Source: Thermoplasmata archaeon
Lineage (GTDB): Archaea; Thermoplasmatota; Thermoplasmata; Lutacidiplasmatales; UBA184
NCBI GenBank assembly: GCA_022750455.1
Contig: JAKIVR010000001.1
Location: 26,270-90,269 of the forward strand
Direction of reading: 5' to 3'
Length of the DNA stretch: 64,000 nt
This document shows, one piece after another, positions 1-8,687 of this stretch; within the stretch, counting starts at the first letter, position 1; the number at the start of each line of letters is the position of its first letter. The position numbers and the translations under genes were made by a program. The notes below the pieces were generated by a model that saw only the letters and a program-made list of their open reading frames with translations, was not told the origin of the DNA and ran no database searches.

Positions 1-207
1 CACGCGCACGACGTCGGGTCGGGCGTCGATCTCCAGGGTGATTGCGATCGGATCCCCGGAGTCCTTCCCCACTTGGTCCCGCAACGCTTGGGGGACGACG
101 ACGAAGAGGCTTCCCCCGCCGCGGGGGATCAACGCGGAACGGAACGGGATCCCATCGAGGGTGCCGTGGACGCGCATCCGGGGCCGGAGCTCCTGCGCCC
201 GGATCAC
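1..207 (-). CDS. DUF1905-like small protein, partial; runs off the window start. Start codon uncertain.
   Basis: The minus-strand translation reads ...MRVHGTLDGIPFRSALIPRGGGSLFVVVPQALRDQVGKDSGDPIAITLEIDARPDVVRV. This matches the DUF1905 pattern (G-T-x-DG-x-FRS-L-P-GGG ... GD-x-I-x-LE-D). It is in the same frame as the upstream ORF, separated only by a TAG. The only in-frame starts are GTG near 207 and ATG near 177. Confidence 0.35.
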   Translation of the reverse strand, partial: MIRAQELRPRMRVHGTLDGIPFRSALIPRGGGSLFVVVPQALRDQVGKDSGDPIAITLEIDARPDVVRV

Positions 208-286
208 CGCCGTCGGGATCTCCGCGAACGTCCATGCCCCCGGCACGTTCGGCCGGGTGAGACGCGAGCGGAACGAGGGCGCCACG

Positions 287-595
287 CTACCGGAAGTAGC
301 CGGCGGCGGCGTTCGAGGAGTCCGGGCGCTTCTCCTCTTCGGCCTTCGCCGCGACGAGGATGTCGATCGCCATCACCGCGTTGAGCGGAACGAGCCGGAC
401 CTTGCCCTTGTCGTCCTTGTCCCCGGACTCCATCTCGAGGGCGATGGAGTTGTCGCCCCCGACGGAGACGAGACCGCGGAACAGTCCGTCGGTCACCATC
501 GGTTGGTCGCGAGAGCCGGCGGAGTGCACGCGCACCTTCGAGCCGGGCGTGAGGGAGATCGCCGTCTTCTTGGCCGGGGGTTCGTTCGGGCTCAT
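287..595 (-). CDS. Small hypothetical protein with a possible Sm-like beta-barrel fold, about 102 aa
   Basis: The 204-aa track ORF has an Arg/Pro-rich N-terminus that is probably spurious. The protein-like part begins MSPNEPPAKKTAISLTPGSKVRVHSAGSRDQPMVTDGLFRGLVSVGGDNSIALEMESGDKDDKGKVRLVPLNAVMAIDIL. Its start overlaps the stop of the upstream regulator gene, suggesting coupling. Confidence 0.45.
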   Translation of the reverse strand: MSPNEPPAKKTAISLTPGSKVRVHSAGSRDQPMVTDGLFRGLVSVGGDNSIALEMESGDKDDKGKVRLVPLNAVMAIDILVAAKAEEEKRPDSSNAAAGYFR

Positions 596-1098
596 CGTTT
601 GGATCCTCGTTCCTTGCCGGCCGCGCGCGGAGCTTTGCGCTCGGGCAGGCCCTTGTCGAGGAGATGCTGGAGGTGGTTTACCGTTTCCCGGTACCGCCGG
701 AGGGCGTTCTGGGCGTTCGCCTCGGTGAAGTCCCAGGCCTGCGCGAGGTTGCCGTAGCGGATCCGGTACCCCTTCCGGCCCTTGCCGTCCGCCGACTCCC
801 CGACCTGTTCGAGGAGGTCGAGCGCCTTCAGCCGATTGAGATGGCGGTAGATCGTCGGCTTGGAGGTGTCCAAGAGGGCGACGAGCTCCTCCGGGTACCA
901 CAGCCGGGCCGGCTCCTTCACCAGACAGTCCCGAACGAGCCGGTACGCGAGGCTCTCGGTCACCGGGCCGTCGCCCGCGCGGCCGTCATCGACCTCGGGG
1001 AGGTATCCGATCAGCCGCAGGAACTCGGTGAGCACCTCGTCGACATCATCGATGGGGGTGAGCGGTGTGCTGTAATGGAGGGCGAGTTCAAAGGGCAT
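592..1098 (-). CDS. ArsR/TrmB-family winged-helix transcriptional regulator
   Basis: HTH segment KPTIYRHLNRLKALDLLEQVGES is typical of the ArsR-type recognition helix and wing. It is 168 aa and sits just downstream of a SAM methyltransferase on the same strand. Confidence 0.65.
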   Translation of the reverse strand: MPFELALHYSTPLTPIDDVDEVLTEFLRLIGYLPEVDDGRAGDGPVTESLAYRLVRDCLVKEPARLWYPEELVALLDTSKPTIYRHLNRLKALDLLEQVGESADGKGRKGYRIRYGNLAQAWDFTEANAQNALRRYRETVNHLQHLLDKGLPERKAPRAAGKERGSKR

Positions 1099-1161
1099 CG
1101 GGAGGCGGGGGAGCGAGCTGTGGGATAAAGCTCCCCCTCGCGCCGGAGGCGCCGCCGCTCG

Positions 1162-2052
1162 CTACGCCCGGCGACGGGAGGCGGGACGCCCCGGCTCCCG
1201 GGACGGGCCTCCGACGCGCAGGCGTACGACCAGGATGTAGGGGATCTCGGGCACCGAGAACCACGACATCCGCTTCGGTCCCCGGACGTTCGGAGGGAAC
1301 TGGGGCTCTTCGAGCCCGTCGAGGGCCAATCCGTTCTCGAGGAATGGGCGAAGGAGGGCGCTCAGCGGGCGCTCGAAATAGTACTGCGGCCTCGGCTGCC
1401 CGATCATCGCGAGCCCCTTCGAGGTCGTGGGCGTCAGGTACCGGTAGACGTAGACTCCGGCCCGATCCACCATCGTGCCGCCCGCATCCTCGTCCTCGAC
1501 GATCCGCCGCATGCCTCCGGTGTTGAAGCACGGGTGGGCCACCGAGAAGACGAAGCGGCCGCCCTCCGCAAGAAGGGTGGGGAGGGCCGAGGCGAGCGGG
1601 GCGATCTCCGCCATGTCCATCAGAGCCATGTTGCAGACGACCGCCGCGAACCGGTTCGTTCCCAGGCTTCGGAGCGCCTGGCCGTCCGCGGCATCGAGGC
1701 GCCGATACTCGATCGTCCCCCGAGCCGTTCGACTTCGGGCGCGGGCGTGGCGGAGCATCCCTTCGCTGAAGTCGACGGCGAGGACCTTCGCGCCGAGCTG
1801 GGCCAAGCGGCGGGTGAACTGACCGTTCCCGCAGGCGATCTCGAGCACCTCCTCTCCGGGCTGGAGGGCAAGGAGTCGCTCGGTCGGGGGCGCCACCAGG
1901 TAGCGGTGGGTGAGGTTCCCGTCCGCCATCCTCTCGTCCCAGAAGTCGGCGTTGGCGTCCCAGACATCCCGGACCGCGCGGCCCACCGGGGAGGTGCGGC
2001 CGGGGGTGGTGCGGCTCCGGGCCGAGCGTCCGGCCAGCTTCGAGGGGGCCAT
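1162..2052 (-). CDS. Class I SAM-dependent methyltransferase
   Basis: Motif I VLEIACGNGQFTRRLAQLGAKVLAVDFSEGML (GxGxG followed by an acidic residue) plus downstream motifs. The Arg-rich first ~25 aa may be a spurious N-terminal extension. Confidence 0.7.
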   Translation of the reverse strand: MAPSKLAGRSARSRTTPGRTSPVGRAVRDVWDANADFWDERMADGNLTHRYLVAPPTERLLALQPGEEVLEIACGNGQFTRRLAQLGAKVLAVDFSEGMLRHARARSRTARGTIEYRRLDAADGQALRSLGTNRFAAVVCNMALMDMAEIAPLASALPTLLAEGGRFVFSVAHPCFNTGGMRRIVEDEDAGGTMVDRAGVYVYRYLTPTTSKGLAMIGQPRPQYYFERPLSALLRPFLENGLALDGLEEPQFPPNVRGPKRMSWFSVPEIPYILVVRLRVGGPSREPGRPASRRRA

Positions 2053-2180
2053 GGTCGAGCTCGATGGACCGTGGCGTTCATTAGAACACCTGGGCGGCCG
2101 ACGCCCGGCGGAGGGAGATCCCCGTCATGACCGAGCGCGTGGGCCGAGGTCTTAAGCTCCCATGGGGCTCGGCGGCTTCC

Positions 2181-3338
2181 ATGCCGATCGAGAGGGCCGC
2201 GATGCAGCGCATCGCGACCGGGTACGAACGGCCGCCCGTGATCGGCGCCCTGGGTTCCCATTCGGCGATCGACATCGCGGACGGGGCCGCGCACGAGGGG
2301 TTCCACACCCTCATCCTCGCCCAGCAGGGGCGGGAGCGGACGTACGCGAACTACTTCCGGGCCCAGCGCGATTCGTCGGGAAAGCTGGTCCGCGGGTGCA
2401 TCGACGAGACGTGGACGTTCCCGACGTTCGCGGAGTCCGTCGCGCCGTCCGTCCAGGAGAGGCTTCGCCAGGAGAGCGTCCTGTTGGTCCCCCACCGCGC
2501 GTTGAGCTCGTACGTTCCCCTCGAGTTCATCGAGAACGAGCTAGAGGTCCCGATCCTCGGCTCGAGGAACATGCTCCGCATCGAGGAGCGGACGGAGCGG
2601 GAGAACTACTACACGCTCCTGAAGGCCGGCGGGCTGCCGATCCCCGAGGCGATGCCCGGACCGGACGCCATCGACGGGCTGTGCATCGTGAAGCTCCCGC
2701 ACGCCGCCCGGCGCCTCGAGCGCGGGTTCTTCACGGCGGCGAGCCCCGAAGAGTTCCGGATCAAGAGCGAGCAGCTGATCCACGACGGCACCATCACCGC
2801 CCCGGACCTCGCCACCGCTCGCATCGAGAAGTACGTCCTAGGGCCCGTCTTCAACTTCAATTTCTTCTATTCGCCCCTCGTCCCTCGGGAGGATGCGCTC
2901 GAGCTCCTGGGGGTCGACGAACGTCGGGAGAGTTCGCTGGACGGCCTGGTCCGTTTGCCCGCGGCCCAGCAGCTCGAGATGAGCGCGCGGCACCGCATCC
3001 CTGAGTACACCGTCGTCGGGCACGGCACCCTGACGGTCCGAGAGTCGCTCTTGGAAGAAGTGTACCGTCTGGGCGAGCGGTTCGTGGAAGCGTCCCGCTC
3101 CCGCTACGCGCCGGGGATCATCGGGCCGTTCTGCCTGCAGACGTGCGTCGACTCCGCCGGTCAGCCGACGATCTTCGACGTGGCGGTCCGCATCGGCGGA
3201 GGAACGAACATTCACCTCTCCCTCGGGCATCCGTACGGAAATGCCCTCTGGCGGGAGCCGATGAGCTCGGGCCGGAGGCTCGCGGTGGAGGTCAAGCACG
3301 CCTTGAGCGAGGAGCGCTTGGGGGAGCTCGTCACATGA
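2181..3338 (+). CDS. purP: 5-formaminoimidazole-4-carboxamide ribonucleotide (FAICAR) synthetase PurP (archaeal ATP-grasp)
   Basis: N-terminal IGALGSHSAIDIADGAAHEGF matches the PurP signature IATLGSHS-x-L-x-I-x-x-GAK-x-EGF, about 20 aa after the start. Downstream ATP-grasp-like blocks are present. Start set at the M(19) of the track ORF. Confidence 0.7.
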   Translation: MPIERAAMQRIATGYERPPVIGALGSHSAIDIADGAAHEGFHTLILAQQGRERTYANYFRAQRDSSGKLVRGCIDETWTFPTFAESVAPSVQERLRQESVLLVPHRALSSYVPLEFIENELEVPILGSRNMLRIEERTERENYYTLLKAGGLPIPEAMPGPDAIDGLCIVKLPHAARRLERGFFTAASPEEFRIKSEQLIHDGTITAPDLATARIEKYVLGPVFNFNFFYSPLVPREDALELLGVDERRESSLDGLVRLPAAQQLEMSARHRIPEYTVVGHGTLTVRESLLEEVYRLGERFVEASRSRYAPGIIGPFCLQTCVDSAGQPTIFDVAVRIGGGTNIHLSLGHPYGNALWREPMSSGRRLAVEVKHALSEERLGELVT

Positions 3339-4540
3339 GCACCCCGACCGCCCCGACCGGGACGACGGCCGCCCTGCCCGCCCCGATCGCGGCGATGCAG
3401 TACTCGCCGCTCGCCGCGTTCCACGCGGCCCACGGCGGGCACATGGTGCCGTTCGCCCGGTGGGAGATGCCGCTCTACTTCTCCGGCATCCTCGAGGAGC
3501 ACGCGGCCGTCCGCCAGCACGTGGGGCTGTTCGACGTCTCCCACATGGGGATCCTCGCCGTCGAAGGAGAACGCGCCGGCGACCTGCTTGCCCGCCGCAC
3601 GACCATCGATCCGCGCACGCTGGCCCCGGGCGGCTGCCGGTACGGGTTCTGGCTCGCGATGGACGGGAAGATCCTGGACGACCTCTTGATCACGCGACTG
3701 GACCGGGAACCCGCGGCGCTCCGGTTCCTCATGGTCCCCAACGCCGCCCGGGCCGTCCGGGTCTACGACTTGCTCCGCCAACACCGCTCCCAGGACACCA
3801 CGATCCAGATGCTGAACGGAAAGGCCGCCATCCTGGCCGTGCAGGGACCGGACTCCCGCCGACTCCTCGAATCGACGTTCGGCTGGTCGCTCGGGGCGCT
3901 GAAGTACTACACCGCGCGCCTCTTTCCGAAGCCGCCCGAGCCCGGGAACGCGGACGGGGTCCCGCAGGCGAGCATTCCCGCAGACCTCGCCCGGAACGTG
4001 TGGGTCAGCCGGACCGGCTACACGGGCGAGCTGGGGTACGAGCTGTTTGTCGATGCGGCCTCGGCCCCGGAGATCGCCGAACGGATCGTGAACGCGGGGG
4101 CACTCCCGTGTGGTCTCGGGGCGCGCGACACGCTCCGCCTCGAAAAGGGGTACCTTCTCTCCGGGCAAGATTTCCATGAGGACCGGTCGCCCCTCGAGGC
4201 CGGCCAGGACCGGTTCGTCGAGTTCGACCACGAGTTTGTCGGCCGTCCGGCCTTGGAAGCTCAGCGGACCGCCGGCATCGCCGAACGGCTCGCGGGGCTG
4301 GAAGTCGATGGGAGTTCGACGATCCCCCGTCACGGAACGCTCGTCTTGAAGGATAGACAACCGGTCGGCGTGGTGACGAGCGGAGGGATCTCCCCGACGT
4401 TGCACCACGGCCTCGCTCTGGCGTATCTCCCGCTCGCCCTCACCGCCCCGGGGACCGCTCTGACGCTGCGGATCCGCGCGGACGACGTCCCGGCGAACGT
4501 CGTACCCCTACCGTTCCTGGCCCCCCCCAAGAAGCCGTGA
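3335..4540 (+). CDS. gcvT: Aminomethyltransferase (glycine cleavage system T protein)
   Basis: MPLYFSGILEEHAAVRQHVGLFDVSHMG is the classic GcvT N-terminal motif. The ATG at 3335 overlaps the purP stop as ATGA. Confidence 0.8.
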   Translation: MSTPTAPTGTTAALPAPIAAMQYSPLAAFHAAHGGHMVPFARWEMPLYFSGILEEHAAVRQHVGLFDVSHMGILAVEGERAGDLLARRTTIDPRTLAPGGCRYGFWLAMDGKILDDLLITRLDREPAALRFLMVPNAARAVRVYDLLRQHRSQDTTIQMLNGKAAILAVQGPDSRRLLESTFGWSLGALKYYTARLFPKPPEPGNADGVPQASIPADLARNVWVSRTGYTGELGYELFVDAASAPEIAERIVNAGALPCGLGARDTLRLEKGYLLSGQDFHEDRSPLEAGQDRFVEFDHEFVGRPALEAQRTAGIAERLAGLEVDGSSTIPRHGTLVLKDRQPVGVVTSGGISPTLHHGLALAYLPLALTAPGTALTLRIRADDVPANVVPLPFLAPPKKP

Positions 4541-5448
4541 CGCGCCGACCTCCTCGCCTCGCGCCCACGCCCGTTCTCACCCAGACCGAGCTCGACCGGA
4601 TCGTGCGCGTGGCGCTTCGGGAGGACCGCGCCGACCGCGATCTGACGACCCATCTCGTCCTGCCGACCCGGCTGCAAGCTCGGGGGGTCGTGATCGCCCA
4701 GGCCCGGGGCGTCCTCTCCGGGATCCGACCCGCTACGCGCACGGCGGAGCGTCTCGGTCTCCGGGTCGAACACTCCCTCCCCGATGGGTCCGCGATCCGG
4801 TCGGGGGACCGCGTGCTCGAGGTTCGAGGGGACGCGCGCGCGATCCTCGCGGCCGAGCGGACGATGCTCAACTTTCTCATGCACCTCTCCGGGGTGGCGA
4901 CGTCGACCGCCGAGGCGGTGCGGCGGGCGGGATCGGCGCGGCGCGGCGTCCAGGTCCGGGCGACCCGCAAGACGCTGCCCGGACTGCGGGTCCTCGAGAA
5001 GCTCGCGGTCATCGACGGAGGCGGGGACCCGCACCGTCAGGACCTGGCGAGCGCCGCCCTCGTGAAGAACACCCACCTCGACCTCCTGGGCTCGTCTCGT
5101 TGGCGCGTCCTCGAGCAGGCGATCCAACAGTCGCCGGAGATCTCGTGGACCGTCGAGGTCCGGTCGGCGGCCGAGGCGCGCCGCGCCGTGGCGGCCGGTG
5201 TCCGCTCGCTGCTGTTGGACAATGCGGGACCTTCCGGGGCGAAGGCGGTGCTGCGAACGCTCCGGGACGTTCCGGCCCGTCGTCGGATCACGGTCGAGCT
5301 CTCGGGCGGAATCACCCACGACAACGTCGCCGCCCATGCTCGTACGGGCGCGAACTCCGTGAGCCTAGGAGCGATCACCCACTCGGCGCCCGCCCTTCCG
5401 TTCCACCTGGAGATCCGACGGGTGGCGCCGCGGAGAGCATCCCGTTAA
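4537..5448 (+). CDS. nadC: Nicotinate-nucleotide pyrophosphorylase (quinolinate phosphoribosyltransferase)
   Basis: Motifs AERTMLNFLMHLSGVAT, LLDNAGP and ELSGGIT. The GTG start overlaps the gcvT stop as GTGA. Confidence 0.85.
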   Translation: MTRRPPRLAPTPVLTQTELDRIVRVALREDRADRDLTTHLVLPTRLQARGVVIAQARGVLSGIRPATRTAERLGLRVEHSLPDGSAIRSGDRVLEVRGDARAILAAERTMLNFLMHLSGVATSTAEAVRRAGSARRGVQVRATRKTLPGLRVLEKLAVIDGGGDPHRQDLASAALVKNTHLDLLGSSRWRVLEQAIQQSPEISWTVEVRSAAEARRAVAAGVRSLLLDNAGPSGAKAVLRTLRDVPARRRITVELSGGITHDNVAAHARTGANSVSLGAITHSAPALPFHLEIRRVAPRRASR

Positions 5449-5450
5449 GA
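5441..5450 (+). promoter_or_regulatory. CCGTTAAG TATA-like element about 30 nt upstream of nadA, overlapping the nadC stop codon
   Basis: The sequence CCCGTTAAGAGCG contains the TAA stop of nadC and resembles the AACCGTTAAG motif found upstream of Sm-L37e and rps15. Confidence 0.35.
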
Positions 5451-5484
5451 GCGCTACCGGGCTTCTCTCGAGCGAGGGGTGGCG

Positions 5485-6393
5485 ATGTCGCTCGAGGCCG
5501 AGATCGTGCGCTGGAAGGAGAAGCGCCACGCGCTCCTTCTCGCCCACAACTATCAGGTCCCCGAGGTGCAGGACGCCGCCGATTTCGTCGGCGATTCCCT
5601 CTACCTCTCCCGGCAGGCCGTCGCGTCGGAGGCGCCGGTGATCTGCTTCGCCGGGGTGCGATTCATGGCCGAGACCGCCAAGATCCTCAATCCAGAGAAG
5701 ACGATCCTCCTGCCCGACCTCGCCGCCGGCTGCACGCTCGCGGATTCGATCACGGCCGAGCAGCTCCGGACCTGGAAGTCCGAGCATCCCGGCGCCGTTG
5801 TGGTGTCGTACGTGAACACCTCGGCCGAGGTGAAGGCCGAGTCCGACTACTGCTGCACGAGCTCGAACGCGGTCCGCATCGTCGCGCAGATCCCGGCGGA
5901 CAAGGAGATCCTCTTCCTCCCGGATATGTTCTTGGGCGAGTGGGTGAAGAAGAGCACCGGGCGCTCCAACGTCCATCTCTGGGCGGGCGACTGCCCGGTC
6001 CATGCGAAGCTCCGACCCGAGACGCTCTCCCGGGCCCGGGCCGAGCACCCCGGGGCCCAGGTGATCGCGCACCCCGAATGCGGATGCGGCACGCAGGTCC
6101 TTCCGATGGTCGACAAGGTGCTCTCCACCGATGGGATGATGCGCTTCGCCCAGACGACGCACGATGCCGAGGTAATCGTGGCGACCGAGGTCGGGATCCT
6201 GCACCGGATGCGGCGCGACAACCCGACCACCAAGTTCCTCGCGCTGGACGAAGGCGCCATCTGCCCGTTCATGAAGCAGATCGATCTGACCGATGTGCGC
6301 GACTCCCTGGCCGAGATGCGCTTTCAGATCGACGTGCCGGCCGAGACGATCCGCCGGGCCCGACTCCCGCTCGAGCGGATGATCGCGTCGTGA
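5485..6393 (+). CDS. nadA: Quinolinate synthase A
   Basis: LLAHNYQ, VRFMAETAKIL and the conserved Cys residues are present. A GGGGTG SD-like element lies 4-9 nt upstream of the ATG. The track begins 6 nt earlier at a GTG. Confidence 0.85.
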   Translation: MSLEAEIVRWKEKRHALLLAHNYQVPEVQDAADFVGDSLYLSRQAVASEAPVICFAGVRFMAETAKILNPEKTILLPDLAAGCTLADSITAEQLRTWKSEHPGAVVVSYVNTSAEVKAESDYCCTSSNAVRIVAQIPADKEILFLPDMFLGEWVKKSTGRSNVHLWAGDCPVHAKLRPETLSRARAEHPGAQVIAHPECGCGTQVLPMVDKVLSTDGMMRFAQTTHDAEVIVATEVGILHRMRRDNPTTKFLALDEGAICPFMKQIDLTDVRDSLAEMRFQIDVPAETIRRARLPLERMIAS

Positions 6394-6406
6394 GCCCCCC
6401 GCCGGC

Positions 6407-6805
6407 CTACGGCATCGAGACCGGGAACAACGGCGCCAGTCCGGCCCTCCAGTAGTCGTACGCCATCGCCCACAGACCGACCCCGGCCAGGAAGACGAGG
6501 CCGATCGAGCTCCACGTCGGCTTGGTGGTCAGATAGAAGGTCGGGGTCAACGGGTTGAGCCGGGTCCCGAGCAGGGAGACACCCGCGCTGAGCAGGACGA
6601 AGCCGATGAGGACCGGGATCAGCAGCGTGTAGTGCACGAGAAAGACGGCCACCACTACGAGCACGATCGCCGTATAACCGGCCGCATTGGAGCGTGGGGG
6701 AACCGGGGCGGGCGCCGGTCGGCCGTTCGCCGGGGCGGGATCCTCTTCGTACGAATCCTCCGGTTCGTAGCCGCTCGGGGTCCGGGGGGCGTACTCGACG
6801 GGCAC
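6407..6805 (-). CDS. Small membrane protein with a Pro/Glu-rich N-terminus and 3 predicted TM helices
   Basis: Hydrophobic helices IVLVVVAVFLVHYTLLIPVLIGFVLLSAGVSLL and IGLVFLAGVGLWAMAYDYW. GTG start with a GATTATTGTA TATA-like element about 30 nt upstream. Confidence 0.5.
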   Translation of the reverse strand: MPVEYAPRTPSGYEPEDSYEEDPAPANGRPAPAPVPPRSNAAGYTAIVLVVVAVFLVHYTLLIPVLIGFVLLSAGVSLLGTRLNPLTPTFYLTTKPTWSSIGLVFLAGVGLWAMAYDYWRAGLAPLFPVSMP

Positions 6806-6940
6806 GAAGGGAGGCGGCGCGGCTCCCGTACAATAATCCCCGGTTCGACAGGTCCCAACCGATCGATCCCGCCGGCCGAACCCGAGGGGAGTGTTTCCGG
6901 TAGGACTGGCTCGCCCACGGATCCGGGTCGCGCCTTCGGA

Positions 6941-8605
6941 TCAATTTCGGGGACGGCGCGGCGCCCGGGGGGCCGGAGGAAGGGATCCCGAGAGGAGGTC
7001 GGAGGGCGTCGCCCACCCTCGACGAGCGATCCCGGTCGCCACGCCGAGGTGCCGGAGATCCTCGGGTCGCTCCGGTCGGGAGGTGATCGCGAGCCGGGCC
7101 CCGGCTGCGATCGCGGCGCGGACGGCCCCCGAATCGAGTCCGTCCCGCTCTGGAGATGGCGTGACCTCCAGGGCGGTCCCCGTCGCGACCGCCCATCGGA
7201 TCCACGCCTCGATCGGGTCCGCGGCCCCGGCCGTGGACGACGAAGTGCGCAGCCCGCTGACGGTCCACGGAGTGACGGACGGGGGCCCGACCATCGCCTT
7301 CGGGGGCGTCGCGACACCCCCCCGTCGGGTCGGTACCGAGATCCCAAAATCGAACGGGTCCGAGAGCGCCCCCGCGGCGCCCGCGACCCGCTCGATCCCC
7401 AACCGGAGGCGGATCGGCGCCCGCTCCATGCCGTTGTCGTCCCATTGGGTTCGCAGCGCCCGAGCTTCGGAGCCGCTCTTCCCTTCCGGCCAGATGATCC
7501 CCAGCTCCTTCAGGCCGGCCGCGACGGCACTCGCCTTCCACTCCCCTAGGTTTCCCCAGGACTCCACGGCCCGGAAATCCACATGGAGGTCCGAGAGGAC
7601 GGCCGCCGCCGGGACCAGGGGGGGAAGTTGGCCCGCCTCGGCCGCTTCGATCTCCCCGCGATTCTCCCGGATCTCCGGAGGAAAGAACGGGAGGTGGAGC
7701 GCGGCGTAAACGTCCTCTTCCGTCCGGCCCGCGATCAGCGCGTCCCCCCGGTAGACCCCGTACTCGTTCACCTTCAGCCCGAGGTCGCGGGCCAAGGAGC
7801 GGATCCGGACGTTGTGGTCCTTGGAGCCGGTGAAGTACTGCAGAGCGGCACCAAAGCTCTCCGGAGGCACCACGCGCAGGTCGACCTGGATGCCGGGGGC
7901 GATCACGACCGTCATCTTCGTCTCCCCCTGCCCCCGGACGGCCTCGATGTCCGGGAAGGCGGCGAAGACGCGGAACACCTGGGCGGGCGCCGCCGACGTG
8001 GCGAGGATGTCGAGGTCGCCGACCGATTCTCGTCGCCGCCGTAGGCTGCCGGCCACGACGATCTGATCGACCGGCGCTCCCGCGCGGATCCGGGCGACGA
8101 GGCGCTCGGCCAGCTCCCACGCCTCGAGCAGCGGACGGCGTTGCCCGTCGGAGGTCCCCAGCGCGGCCAAGCCTCCGCGGAGCAGTTCGATCTTCCGATC
8201 CTTGAAGCCGGCGAGTCCCTTCAACTTCCCGGCCTCGATCGCCGCCGCGAGCTCCTGGGGTCCCTCGATGCCGAGGGTCAGGTGGAGCATCCGTACGGTC
8301 TTCGGTCCGACCCCCGGGAGTTGAAGCAGCTCCCGCAGCCCCGGTGGCACGTCCCGCCGGAGTTTGTCGAGGTACTCGATCTGGCCCGTGGTGAGGAACT
8401 CCTCGATCTTCGCGGAGATCGCGGCGCCCACCCCCGGGATCTGGTCGAGCTCGTGGCGGGCGGAGACCGCGGCCACCTCCTCGCCCAGCGCCTCGAGGGA
8501 CCGCGCCGCCCGTCGGTAGGCGTTCGGCTTGAACCGTTCGCCCTGGAGATCGAGGAGATCGGCGATCTCGTCGAGCATCTTGATGAGTTCGGCGGTTCCG
8601 GGCAT
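6941..8605 (-). CDS. polX: DNA polymerase X family protein (PolX) with a degenerate C-terminal PHP-like region
   Basis: N-terminal MPGTAELIKMLDEIADLLDLQGERFKPNAYRRAARSL is the Pol X / Pol beta lyase-HhH region. The nucleotidyltransferase motif GSLRRRRESVGDLDIL (GS...GDxD) is present. Start moved to M86 of the track ORF. Confidence 0.75.
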   Translation of the reverse strand: MPGTAELIKMLDEIADLLDLQGERFKPNAYRRAARSLEALGEEVAAVSARHELDQIPGVGAAISAKIEEFLTTGQIEYLDKLRRDVPPGLRELLQLPGVGPKTVRMLHLTLGIEGPQELAAAIEAGKLKGLAGFKDRKIELLRGGLAALGTSDGQRRPLLEAWELAERLVARIRAGAPVDQIVVAGSLRRRRESVGDLDILATSAAPAQVFRVFAAFPDIEAVRGQGETKMTVVIAPGIQVDLRVVPPESFGAALQYFTGSKDHNVRIRSLARDLGLKVNEYGVYRGDALIAGRTEEDVYAALHLPFFPPEIRENRGEIEAAEAGQLPPLVPAAAVLSDLHVDFRAVESWGNLGEWKASAVAAGLKELGIIWPEGKSGSEARALRTQWDDNGMERAPIRLRLGIERVAGAAGALSDPFDFGISVPTRRGGVATPPKAMVGPPSVTPWTVSGLRTSSSTAGAADPIEAWIRWAVATGTALEVTPSPERDGLDSGAVRAAIAAGARLAITSRPERPEDLRHLGVATGIARRGWATPSDLLSGSLPPAPRAPRRPRN

Positions 8606-8687
8606 GTCCGGGGTCAACGGTCGGGGGCCGATAAGGGCCAAGGGGACCCGCGACAAGGGTAAGGGGGCCCGCGCGGGTTTCGCGGAG

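Noticed and set aside
286-288. In-frame TAG as a possible pyrrolysine codon
   Set aside because: TAG is used as an ordinary stop for several confident genes here (the HEAT protein, the second Kelch protein and the Sm protein), which argues against Pyl recoding.
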